DNA from: Welwitschia mirabilis | Taxonomy: Eukaryota | NCBI GenBank assembly: GCA_051453625.1 | Contig: JBOZIK010000001.1 | Location: 2,397,305-2,429,900 of the forward strand | Length of the DNA stretch: 32,596 bases | Reading direction: 5' to 3' | Shown: positions 12,099 to 24,799 of the stretch, piece by piece | How positions within the stretch are numbered: position 1 is the stretch's first letter | How the letters are laid out: each line of letters opens with the position of its first letter | Made by a program: the position numbers and the translations under genes | Notes under the pieces: model-generated | Seen by the model: the letters and a program-made list of their open reading frames with translations, nothing else | What the model was told of the DNA's origin: nothing | Databases searched by the model: none

Positions 12099-15000
12099 TT
12101 ATATATGTATATTAAATTCATTTTAGCCATCTATATATTGCATAGATATCTACACACTATGCAAATGTAAAAATAAATCTAGGATTAGATATCTCTATAT
12201 ATTTTAAACCCTCCTTTAAAATATTCACCTTGCATCCATATAAGAAAGATGTATCTCTTTCCATAGCACTATTTCTATTATATCAAGAACACATAGAAAA
12301 CATAATATATCTCTCTTTGGATTTAAATTATTTTTGTTTAGATTAGTACAAGTTTTTAGTTGTTATTTTCAGTTTGTCATTTTATTAAGTACTTTAGTTT
12401 AGATACAGATATAATGTTGAGAAAAAACACATAGAAGGATCTAAAAGAGTAATAACATAAAGAAGAATAGAGGAGCAATTCAAAAACTTTTTTTATAAAT
12501 CTACATTCATGATTTCAAGCATAGAAAATAGGTAGTGTAATTGGAAGAAAATCAGTTAGTACTATAGTTAAAAGAATCCTTAATTTAAAACCTAATACGT
12601 AGGCTCAAATGAAGTAGTTCTTTGAGAATCTATAATGGTAAAAATTGATGAATCTAATACAATAATTATATAATAAATTATTATATAATTTTACAACAAC
12701 ATGTAGGAAATAGTAGTGATGAATAAACATTCTTGATATAAGTAAGTGATTAAACATAATGTGTTTCTCTATGGTTTTAAATAGTTTGTTAGAAATAAAG
12801 GTCCTAGATGCTTCACAACTATAGTTTTTATATTTTAAAGATATTTTTACAAATGAAACATTAAAACCACTAGAAAATATTTTACAACTAGAGTTTTTGG
12901 ATGAATTCATATTGTTGTCAAAATATGTTTAAAAAGAAAAGATATGGTATCAAATGCTTTCACTTTGAGTTTATTCTTTTAAACATTTTGATTAGAGAAT
13001 AAAAACACAACTACTATACATTCATGGAGACATATATTTATTATTATTTTTTTTATTTAAATCCATATAGCTATTAAATTTGTTATTTATATGGATATGC
13101 TTCTCTAATTCAATTGTGCATAATCATTTGACCATTAGTTTTGATTAACAAGCTTATTTTAAATGTGTAACTTATCATACAATATTATAATTTAATAAGG
13201 ATTAATATTATAAGTTAGGGGGAAATAAAAAGTACAAAGAAAAAGGATGAAGACACAAACTCTAAGAAACTAACTTTAAAGAGGTTAAAATTAGTTAGAG
13301 CATAGATTTTTTCATTAAGAAAGAATGGACTAAAAGTCATAAGTAAGATAAATAGGAAAAATTGGTAAAAATATCATGTAGCTAAAAAAGAGTTAAGATA
13401 GATATGCAAAGAGGAAAATCAATAAGGGGAGGAACCCCTTTTAAGATTAAAAGAGATGAAAATACTAGTATGGACAGAAAGTAGTAAGCAGCATAATAAT
13501 CATAATGGAATAAACATAGAGGGAGAATAACCTCAAGAGACACAAAATATGATTTAGAATATGAAGAGGATTATCTAGCCATATAGAGGTACACCATTTG
13601 GGTAAAGATACATAAAGTGTTGGATAAGTTATCTAGTAATTCAGAGATATCATTTAGAGCCACTTGTTCTATCAAGTTAAAAGTGTAGAAGTAGGGACAA
13701 TAGCCACTAGTGGCATTTCCTTGATACATTCATCCACCACTAGTGCAAGTGCTAGTAAGGAAATCATAATTTTTCTAAGAGGTAACATCCAACTTGTTTG
13801 GTATTTCAATCACTTCATAAACATACTCTAAGATGATACAATAAGAAAGATAGATAAGAAGAAAGAGGTAATACACTCTTAACACTAGTTCTAAATTAAA
13901 AACTTCTTCTTATCATGCTATTTTTTAAGGAATCTTATTCAAGATAACATTATGACATTGATGATAATGATGATAACCATCATATAGTACACTATTAGAT
14001 TTATAAGTATCTCCTCATGGCTAGTGCTTTAGTGATATCCCAAAAGGAGGACAAGACAAATCAAGTTATTAGGCATAAGAGATAGAAACAGAGGGAGAAT
14101 GAACCTATAGTAGAGATGGTATGGACTTCTATTGAAGACATTCTCATGTGCTTGTTATGAAAATGATATTCGAAAGACATATTATTTCATTATATCATAT
14201 TGGTAATTTGTCATTATGAAATATCTTTACATTCCATTATATTCCTTTATATTGTGCTATTATAGATTTTTGTATGTAAAATTCTTTAGTTGCTAATGCA
14301 TCATTCTTAATTTTTAGTTCAAATTATTTTTACTTGACATCTCTTACTTAGTACTTCTATGGTGATAAACTATAATTTTAATTATTAAATGTTTTTTAAC
14401 TTTGTTTGAGAATGGATGTTACTAACTGATTGTCCAAATTTTGAACATGATTATAAAAGGGAAGATTATTAATCCACTTTCTTTTAATGAATTAAGCTTA
14501 TCAAATAGAGTGTTGTATGTGTGTAAGAGTAGAGACAATAAAAAAGCATTCAAGTTAGTTGAAGATGTCTATAATACTTAAAGACATCTATGAAACATGA
14601 AAATGTCTTCACATCTTGAAGATGTCTATATAGGTTGAAGATGTCTTAGATAAATTGTAACATATTAACAAAATATATCAACTAAAATATGAAGATGTCC
14701 TAATACAACTAAAGCTAGAACAAAATCTCAATATAGATTAAAACCACATCTACAATTAAAGAAGACATCTAAAATACTTAAAGTATCTATAACTTGTGAA
14801 GATGCCTAAATTATATCATAATAAAAAACACAATAGATGTTTTAAGTAGTGAACCTAGCTAATTAAGTGATTCTCAAGTCATTACATGTTAAACCTAGCC
14901 ATTTTTGATGTTATTTAAGTTGTTCTACATATCAAACCTGATTTTTTTGGATGCTTCTCAAACTATTTAGAAAAGAATTAATAAATAGGATAAACCAAAG

Positions 15001-15932
15001 CTCAAGAAAGAAGATACAAATGTGATCTGACATAATAAGAAATAATAGCTAAAAATATATTGGATTTCTCTTTAAATAGCCTTTGAAATAGCTTTGAAAA
15101 ATAATCTTTAGTTAAAGGTATGATTGTATTAATTAAGTACAATGATGAATTAGAAGTATATCTCATAGTAAAGATATAGCATCATGTGAGAAATTTAGAA
15201 TTAAATGAAGGCATAATTAAGAAGGAACCCCATTACTTTTACCTTGTGAAGAGATAAATAAATACAATTATTAAAATATGTTTGATTTTTTTACTTTTTT
15301 TGTTTTTACTTCTAAGATAATCATTTCTTAATTTTCAAGCTATTTTAAATATCTTATATAGCTTACCATGTTTATAATTTTTGGTATTGTATATGTGGAA
15401 ATCTAATTTTTTTAATAATTTACTTTATTTCTAAATATAACTATCATTCTATTTTCACCCATGTAGCACTTTATGTTATTGGGTCTTGTTAAGAATTCCA
15501 AGTTGTATTTATGGCCTATGAGTCTTTTTGGGTTCTCTTATGAGAAATACTATTTACTTATAAGGTTATCACTAGGTATGAACCATTATTTTATTATACT
15601 ATTAGGGTGATTCTAAAACCACTGATTGATTGTAAGATTAGTGGTAAGTTTAAAACCAAGTTTGTTGTAGTGTCAGTGATAAGCCTTAAGCTAGACTTTC
15701 ACAAAAGCAATGTGATTTGGATGTGTGCAATTTTCAACCCTATGCATGTGGAATACCTAGGTTATAAAATCACATTACCTAGTATAAGTTATATTTCTAA
15801 ATTTTTAGTTTCTATATTATCTTATTTTGTTTTCTGAATTTGTCATTGGCATAATTTTTCTCTTTTTTTTTTTTTTTTTTTTAACAAAAACTTATCGATC
15901 CATCTCCTTTAAGTCTAATCATCCATAATACA
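12099..15932 (+). mobile_element. 3' portion of a probable Sirevirus (SIRE/Maximus Ty1/copia): post-pol region, PPT and 3' LTR; continues at 4318-4558
   Basis: PPT/LTR junction AAAAGGGAAGAT-TATT (14455-14470) resembles AAAGGGGGAGAT-TGTT. Extra purine tracts at ~13216, 13424, 13518 and 14090. AGA(C/T)(A/G)TCT motifs occur on both sides of the chromovirus insertion and in the LTR. Weak env-like I*FYNNM at ~12685. No pol is seen, so the family call is inferred. Confidence 0.55.
14467..15932 (+). repeat. Sirevirus-like 3' LTR (~1.47 kb)
   Basis: Follows the PPT. Repeated gaagatgtct/gaagacatct motifs at 14561-14845, TATA-like ctttaaatag ~15070, T20 run at 15863-15882, cttatcgatccatctccttt (~15891) resembling the CCTATTCACCCCCCTCT U5 signature. 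Ends at CA 15932, where the CRM-like integrase frame begins. Confidence 0.6.
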
Positions 15933-18600
15933 CATATTCTACTTCAAATGGTAATCCAATTAAAATGGCAACTTTCTTATACATATATTCATTCCATTAT
16001 TATAATAAAATTCTACATGTGATAAGTGATTACCTTTATAAAAACATCTTAGTAGGCTTTTAATACTATAATTTATTATTGTTTTTAGTGGTCCATCTAT
16101 TTATGGATTATATGCTAAAAAATACTATAGCTTAATATTCATCATGTGCTATGGGATCTTCTAGAAATGATAAATAAACTCAACATTTCTATAGGAAACT
16201 ATTGTCTTTAATAATCCATGAAGATGCATAATCTCTCTAGAGAATAATCTATTAATGCATAAAATATCAATTATCATAATCTAAGGAATAAAGTATATTA
16301 TTTTTTTAAATTTGTCCATCATCATAATAATGAAATCATTTCCACTCTTAATACAAGAAAATATCAAGATGAAATTCATACTCAGGTCCTTTCATGACTT
16401 TGCTAAAACTAGTAATTCAAGTACAATGCTACATTTGTTGATCCTAACTTTTCTCTTTGACATATAAAGCAACATTTCACCCTTTTTTGTACATTAATAT
16501 ACATGTTAGAAAAATGGTATAACCTCTTCAATTATTTATAGGTTTTGTCCAACCCATAATTACTAGCCATATCTTCATAATGTTTTCTCATAAGATGTTA
16601 TTTGTTTCTAATCCTTTAAGAATATACAAATTTTTATCTTTGTAGAGAAATTTGTCTTGAATATAAAAGTTCTTATAATCATAAAATTCTAAAGGCTTCT
16701 TCACTCTCTCTTAGATATTCTTATAGTCTAAATCATAATGATAAAAATCTAACATGTGTCATAAACTAGCATTAACTTTGTAATCTTACCATGCGTACTA
16801 CCTAACTTAAAGCATTTGCAACTTTATTCATTTTCTTACCTTTGTGCTTGATTTCAAAGTTTAATTAGTATATCATTTTTCTCCACTCCAATTGCTTTGC
16901 TCTTAACTTGGCTTGAGTATTTATATATTATAATTCCTTATGATATATGTACAAAAGAAAATTCTTCTATAGAAAATAACATCTCCACCTCTTTAATGAT
17001 TTAAAATTAGTGTATGGTTCTTTTTCATAGGTTGAGTACTTTTACTTAGCATCATTTAGATTTTTATTAAATAAGAAAATGGTTTATTCTTCCTTAAGGG
17101 AGCAATACTTTAATTGCTTTACCAATTGCATTACACTTTATTTAACAACTTATTAAAATCTAGAAGTACTAGTGTAGGATATATGATAATGCTCTTCTTC
17201 AATTTTTGAATGCTTAGTCTATTTACCTAGTCCACTTGAAAGCTTAATCATTTTTAATAGTAGCTAACATTAACACATAAGTCTTGTTAAAATTATTTAG
17301 AAATCTCTATAAAATCTTACTAGTTAATGAAATCTATAAACATCTCTTACTAGAATGAGCATAGGTAAATTTAGTATAGCCTTTACTTATTTTTATTTAT
17401 CTCACTTCTATTCATGAAGATAAATATTCCAAGGAGCACTAACTTTATCTGGGTAAAGGTACACTTCTTTACATTTATTATCAATTATATTTCCTTTTAT
17501 TTTTTAAAAAATATTCTTAAATTTTATCTATAATCCTTAAAAATCTTTATAGATACCAAAATATTATTTACAAAAGCAATAACAAACTTTTTAAGAAAAT
17601 GTTTTAATACCTCTATCATCAATCTCATGAATAGTTGGAGAATTCATGAATCTAATTAACATCACCAACCTTCCATACAACTCATTAAAAGATTTAAAAG
17701 ATATATTTCATTCATCTCTCTCTAGGATAAATATATTATGCTATTCACTCTTTAAATATTTCTTGTTGAAAATATGTGTGATTATTAAAAAATATAAAAT
17801 ACCATCCATGAAATGCATAAGAAAGTGATACCTTATCATTATCTTATTGCTGACTCTTAAATCAACATGCATGCATAACTTCTTATTGCCTTTTTTTGAA
17901 GCTAATACTACTAGAATAGAAGATAGTAATAAAACTTTTTTAATCCATCCCCTATTTAGAAACTCTTATACTTATTTATTAATCTTTTTTCTATTACATG
18001 ATGTCATTCTATATAGCACTTTTGAAACACTAAAAAATAGATTTATCTGACGGTCTATACTCCTAAGAAGTGGTAACCTAGTAAGTAAATCATCAAAATA
18101 AATATCTGTAAAATATTTTGATACATATTTTATATTTGTTGAGCATTCATTTAACTAATACTATGAAGATACCTTCAACACCACTATCATGCTATAAATT
18201 TCTTATTTTATTTTGTTTATTACCTTTTTTTATCAAGAAGCATACACCTATCTTAATGTTTGAAATCATTACTATATCATTTAATATCTTAAATCTCTTT
18301 CTATTATTATTAGTTATAATATAAGTATTGGCCTCTTTATTTTTAATGCACTTTGTATCATACTTTCATGATATACCTAATAATAGATGACAAGCAACCA
18401 TAGGAATATTATCATAATAAGCTTACTCATGAAAGTTACTAATTTTGAAGTTGACCAAATATTGTTTTAGAACTATAACATTACATTCCTTCTATAACTA
18501 AGATAGTTGGTATGGTACTAGGTTGAACATGATCTTTAGCTTTAACTTCTCTACCATCTCATTAGAAACCAAGTTATCAATGCTTTCATTATTAATTTTA
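15933..18600 (-). pseudogene. pol: Decayed Ty3/gypsy pol, CRM-like (PR-RT-RNase H-integrase), truncated at both ends
   Basis: Minus strand: INNESIDNLVSNEMVEKLKL (PR ~18540-18597), CHLLLGIS*KYD (~18357-18392), LPLLR (~18062-18076), ELYGRLVMLIRFMNSP (RT ~17636-17684), NKVANAL (RH ~16808-16830), NYGLDKTY and VKCCFICQREK (INT zinc finger), DLSMNFIL, EIMHLHG, AYNP*IDGP, GLPFEVEY (to 15934). Confidence 0.88.
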
Positions 18601-21600
18601 ACCTCAAATGTTGAGCTTGAAGGTTTCTATATTACTTGATGTAAATTTAGGATATTTCATGTTCTTATCTTTGCTACTACTAAGACCTGGTTGGAATAAG
18701 AAGTAAAGGAGGAAACAGATTTCAATGCTAAGAGATTGAGAATCAATTATCAAAGGGATGTCAAGGTTCTAAGGATCTTAGAAAAGGGAATAGTTGCTAA
18801 AGAAAAGAAGAATTTCCACATCCTAAGCATGGCATTAGCCCATATTCTATGTTTAAAGAATGAAAATCTGAGAAACTTTATGTCTTAAGCATAGAAATTT
18901 GAGGTATAGGAGATGAAAGAAAGGAGAGAAAAGATTATAGAAGGAGAAAGAGGCTAGAAAAAAAGAAGGAAAGAGGAAAGAGAAGAAAAGGTAAGTAAAA
19001 GGATAAGAGAGAAGGAAAAAATGGGTAAAAAAGGAAAGAAAGGTGGAAAAGAGAGTATGCATTGAAAAGCAAAGGAGTCCATGAGGTATCAGGGGATATG
19101 TTACAACATAACACTTGTCCACCTCTAAACATCCATAATGAAAAAGGGGAGAGATAAGAATGGTAAAATCATAAACAAAAATTAAGGGGAATAGATTTTA
19201 ATGAGGGTTTAATTAACTATAGTCAAGTGGATAAAACTTAAGCTAAACATATTTTTTTAATGAGAAGTCCATTAAACATGTGAAAACCCTTAGTTGGTAC
19301 TTATAAAAAGGAGGGAGGTCCATTTATAACTCACACATGATACTTTAACTTAAATTTTTAACTTCTAGAAGCATGTAACTTTGTCTTTTTATCATCATAA
19401 CTAGCCAACGCATTAGACTTATTTTTAGAATGGGGTTATCTTAGCAAGCTACAAAAGAAATAACTTTGACATATTTCTTTATCATAATGGAGTAATGAAT
19501 TTCTTGTTTTCTGTTATTAGTGAATTTTGTTTCTTTCTTATCTTTTTAGAGTTGAAACTAATGGAGTTTTACTTTTCTTATACTTTGGTAGGAATGATTC
19601 CTGTGATTATACAACTCTATCATTAGGTGATAAGTTGTTACCTTGGGTGGAAGGGCCAATGGAAGCATGATACATTGACTAATTCTTCATCTTTTATTTG
19701 ATAAGGGATAATAAGTATTTAGCTAGGAACTTAAAGAGATCAAACCTATATGAGCTAATCTACTTTCTAGTCTTGAAAATTTTTCCTCATCAAATAAAAA
19801 GCATTATACATAATTGGAACCCTATTTAAATAAAAAGTTAGTTCCTAGAAATGTATACCTAGAGGAATCCAAAGCCGCTCCACTTATGAATCTTGGTGTT
19901 AGTGGAAGATATCAACTAAATGTTTGACTTGCCTTCTTATAATCTCACTAATGTACATCTGCTTCACCTATCAGTGAGTAAAAACTTAATGGATTTTTTG
20001 TAAGAGTGGAAATATTTAGAGGTCCTTATAAAGTTACTAAAGAGAAATAAAGGGATCTTAGTATATCTGACCTGGGAACCTATTTGATCAATGTGCCTAT
20101 TTTCCTACTTCCACTTACTATTGCTAAATAAAAACACTCATATTCCTATATTGATCTTTGAAATAATGTGACAAGTAGCAAACCTTAAGATCACATAACC
20201 TAAGTAAAATACATAAAAAGGTAAGATGTCTACTATCTTAACTCACTACCATAAAAATGAAAATATGTGATGTGTAGCCTCCTTTTATGTTTAGGTAATG
20301 CAAGTATGGCTAGATAGAAAGCTAGTACATTAGAATGTGGTGACTCTCCCTAAAGATGAAAATCCTACCTTAGAGGAAAAAAAAAAACCATTCCTAGGTA
20401 AATAACTTTAGTATCAAAGAGACCTAAATGAAAATTAAGGTAGATGATTAAAGTAAGAAATGAATAGTAATAAAGGAGAAAATGGAGGAACACATGGAAG
20501 TCTTCCTCAAAAAGGAGAAAGAGGATGTATTTGCTAAGATATCTTCTTCAAAGAAAAACAGAAAGACAAATAAAATAGGTTTAGATGAAGGGGATCTTAA
20601 GCTTATAAAAGAGCTATTTGGTATAAATCTATCCCTTATCATTTTGTTCTTTTTCCATGGTCTTCTTCATTTTATGATATCTTTTCTATTATAGATGGAG
20701 AAGACTTATGTCCTCTTATTTAGAAGGAGATATAGACTTCTCTAGTTCTAGTAGTCAAGAAAATATATCCTATTGGAGAAGGAATAAGAACATAGTATGA
20801 AGGATATTTCTTCTCCTTGTAAGTTGAATTATTTTCTTTCTTTGATTAACTTATTCTCATACCTACAAAGAACATCTTATAATTTCTTTTTCTATTGTTC
20901 CATTAATAGGAAGAACATAGAGAAGGTTTTCCTTTCTCAATGGAGAAGAAGATCTTTATAAATATAGTGAAGTACACTCTAGCTAGTCTCTCCATGCTGA
21001 GGAGAAGTTATAATAAGAATAAATAGTAAGAAGTTAGGGAATATAGATTTCAAGTAAAGGAGATAAGGCAGAGAGTAGAGACAACTAGGAAGGAGATCAA
21101 AGCTATAAGAAGAAAGGTGAAAAGGTTAAGAGAGATGGCTACAGATGTTCTAAGCAATATAAGGGGAGGATACACTCAAAAGTATTGCATCTAAAGGAGG
21201 AGATTAGAAAGGCAAGAAAGATATCCAAGGGCCTTTATGGCATACTAGAAAAGTAGATAGATAAGAAAAACATCTTGGCTAAGGTTTTTCATGTCTGAGT
21301 TTCCCCCACTTCTCCTAAAGGTTTATAAGAATGGTATTCTAAATTAAGAGAAGGAGGAGAGTCCTATGAGTTTGATTAAGGCTACTGAGGGAGTTATGCC
21401 TTATACTTATTATACCTTCTCTCTTTTACTTATAGTATAGGATCCATACCTTTTTCTTTTTTCTTATTAGTCTAAGTCTATAAGAAGAAGAGGTTCTTCC
21501 TTTATTTATTATATCAATGCTTTTAATGTGAGAACTCTTTTTTATTTTTCTTTAAGGCTTCATTTCATAATAACTTATGACAAAAAACTAACTCTAAATT

Positions 21601-22157
21601 CTCACATGTTGAAAATGCAAAATGAAAACTACTATGTACATATTTATAGACTTTCAATTCATTCATTATCATGAGTGAGAAATATCTAGGAGTATCTTGA
21701 AGTAATCATAGAGATGACAATAATTATAAGTATCTAGTATTTTTATTTCTTGTAGATCTACTAGCCTAAAGTTCTATTCTCCCACAAAGAAGGTTATTTA
21801 ATAAGATCATAGTTAGAGATGGATAAACTTCTAGTGTGCTCTTATCATTTCTACCATCTTCTCTCTTTCTAGTACTAGGTCTCTATTATGGAATTTTTAA
21901 AGCATGATCCTATTAAACCACCTATTCATGGTGTTCTAGTAATAAGCATAGTGTAAAAAGACTCATCTTAAGTATCTTGTAGTTCTAGAAGGGCTGGCTT
22001 TCTATTCAACAGAGCCTCTGTGTGAGTAACATATGCTTTTATAAATTTATAGGTTTGTAGCTAGAGCTAGATGGTGAGGCAAGTCCTTTGGCCATTGTTG
22101 AGGTGCTTACTATATGTTTATTATCTTCAATTAATGATCTTAATTGATAAACAATAA
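18600..22157. mobile_element. Unresolved degenerate LTR-retrotransposon-like remnants
   Basis: Interrupts the CRM-like pol. Purine-rich tract at 18900-19080, LTR-end-like ggggatatgttaca ~19092-19105, TATA-like ttataaaaaggagggagg ~19301, possible GPYKV at ~20020. No paired LTR or firm domain found. Confidence 0.35.
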
Positions 22158-23260
22158 TGTTAATTTCTAATACACATAAAAAACACTAATATAAGGAGCC
22201 ATGCCAAATCTCATACTTTAGAGAGGAATTTAAAAGTACATCTGGAAAATTGCTTTAATGATAAAAGAATTAAAATAATTTTATATTCTAATTGTAGAAT
22301 GATAAATGAAGGAAAATGAAAAGATAAGATGAAATGCAAAGAATGAATCCAAAGGTCAGATGCAAATCTAAATACAAACACTAATCAAGTTTACCAACTT
22401 ATTTTCACCTAGGTTAATCCTCATATACTATATCAAATTTATAATTAACTTTTATGTAATTAACTTGATTTTGACATAACACGTAAAGAATAAGAGAGAA
22501 ATTACAAGAAATAAAATGATTTTTATCAATGATAATGTTCTTATATTCACTTAGAAGTAGTTACTCCTCAATGGAGGAAATGGAGCCTAATACCAAGGTA
22601 AGCTCCTCTGCTAAGCTAAATGGATTTCTTTCTTAATTGAATTCTAAATTGTAATAAGAATAATTGATTCTTGAAAGATCCTTACAAATGAGGTCTTAAG
22701 GCCCTTTTATAAGAGAGGGTAGGATTGAGGTGATTAGAAGCCTTTAGCTTGTAATGGTAGATGGAAGTTATAATTAGGTGATTACAATGTTTATCATGTA
22801 ACGAAGCTAAGATGGATAAGATTCCTCAACTTATAGCATCAGATAGAATCTTTAAATTCTTATATTAGGTGGAGTTTTTTATGCAACCCTGGTAAGATGG
22901 ATAAGATTCCTCATCTTATAGCATTAGGTAAAATCTTTATCTTCTTATATTAAAGGGAGTTTGTTATGATGTGTCCAATACATGGACTTTAAATCATGAT
23001 CAATAGTAACTAATGCTATCATCATATGTCTTTAATATTACTATCATGTAATTGTCAAATCTCATTGCCATGTATCTTCTGTATCATCACCACATGCCAT
23101 GTGCTTTTCTCAAATGCTCCATAATTGCTTAGGTTTGATTTAAATTATTTATAATTTTTTATCTTTGGTCCTTGACATTAAGAGTGGTCAATTTGAGCAT
23201 TAAACCTGCAAAAAGAACCTAAAAACATACTCCAAATATAATGTTTGTTAGCTCATAACA
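22158..23260 (-). repeat. 3' LTR (~1.1 kb) of an Athila-like element
   Basis: TGTTA...TAACA termini. On the minus strand it is preceded by PPT-like GCTTGGTAAGGGGCTT (23261-23276). Internal duplicate aagatggataagattcctca.cttatagcat at ~22809 and ~22894. Related to the 2896-4317 LTR. Confidence 0.75.
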
Positions 23261-24799
23261 AAGCCCCTTACCAAGCATTTATCAATTCTTGACAAAGGAT
23301 AATACTTAAGTATAAAGAATCTTACATTGTAAAATATAGCATATATCTTATTTTAGCATATAGAAAAGATATTCTAGTTAAACATCATGAAAAATATAAC
23401 CATTAAATTCAAAATAATGGCTCAAATTTTTTGAAAAACATTTATTTAAATACACAGATTCATTTTAATTAGATCTATATCTTTTTATGATTCTAAATAT
23501 TCCACCCCAATGAAGTAGATAAATTCATCTTAAATTAGGTATCCATGTGATAATTAGAAGAAACACACTAAACATTTCAAGGGATATAAAATAAGAAGTG
23601 AAAATAAATTAGAAAATGAAAATTTAAGAATAAAAAAAAGTAATGCAATTACACTTGATGAGAGAAAAAGTAAGATGGAGATAGAACTAATGGTTAATGA
23701 TGAAAGCAAGGGTATGGTCAAGTTAAGGCCAAAGAAATAGAGATAATAACAAGCCACAAAGGTGTAGGTCTTATTATGATGAGCGTAAAATGTAAAAATG
23801 GCTTTGATATATCCAAGTAAAAACACTCAAGATGATGAAAAATACAAATAGACATAAAGGTATATGAAGAAGATTAACTACTTTATCCTAAATAATAACT
23901 AAGCTAGACTCCATGGTATTCATCATAGAATTTCTTGATATTAAAGATACATGCTTAAGTGCTAAATAAAAATAAGCCTTATGTAATAAAAAAGATGATT
24001 ACAATAATATCAAATGATTTATTCATAAAATATTAATGTAATATTAAGACTAACATCAATCCAATCATATACTTAAAAATCAATGAAACTTTGTTAATAA
24101 TTCATCTAATGATCAATATGTTCTATCATCTTATGAAGTTATGGCTTCTAACTTATGAATCAAGTTAATAAGGCATTAAAGAATACCATTCATCATGATG
24201 AATGAAGTGAAACCACTACCAAAAGAGTAAGAACCTGTAAGATAAAACTAGATCATAGCCAGCTAACTCTTTGGTGGAGTACCCACAATGATCAAATCAT
24301 ATTAGCTAAAGTTTCTTTTCAGAAAAATTTACCTGAGTATGCTTGTAGTAGGACATCATGAAATTTATTTGGATAATTTTATCTTCTTTTCCTTTCTTTT
24401 TCTTCTTCTCCTTTTTTCTTTCTTTCTTCCTTTTTTTTCTCCTGAATTAGCTATGATTCCCTTTTTAAAACATTGATTGATTTTTAAAATAATAAATTAA
24501 CTAAGTACAAAGTTATAGCTTAGTATTTGATCTAACATAACTAATACTTAAGTAAACATTATCATAGACATTGATTATAGATATGAAATGTCTTAGATTG
24601 ACTAAAATCCAATCTTCATTATTTTAAACACCCAAAGTAAAGAATAATTTTCATAAAAACTTATATGAAATATAACATAAAATAAAGTTAATAAATAATC
24701 ATGACTCAACCAATAAATCTAGCTAAGAAACTATTTAGATAATGATAAAGGGAAAATTTTCCTCTTAGTTAAGAGGATCATCTAAGTTATTTTCTTCAA

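Noticed and set aside
15863..15882. T20 run as a LINE/SINE or retrocopy poly(A) tail
   Set aside because: No TSD or adjoining element body. It lies in the T-rich U5 part of an LTR.
15947..15960. aatggtaatcc as a Met PBS after the Sirevirus-like LTR (would imply a tandem element)
   Set aside because: Poor match to TGGTATCAGAGC. It is better explained as the minus-strand GLPFEV codons of the CRM-like integrase.
17646..18324. Three short plus-strand ORFs (17646, 17847, 18118)
   Set aside because: They are antisense to the CRM-like RT/protease remnant and have no recognisable motifs.
18853..19132. F/L/S-rich ORFs 18853..19122 and 18935..19132 as membrane proteins
   Set aside because: They are translations of the complement of a low-complexity A/G tract.
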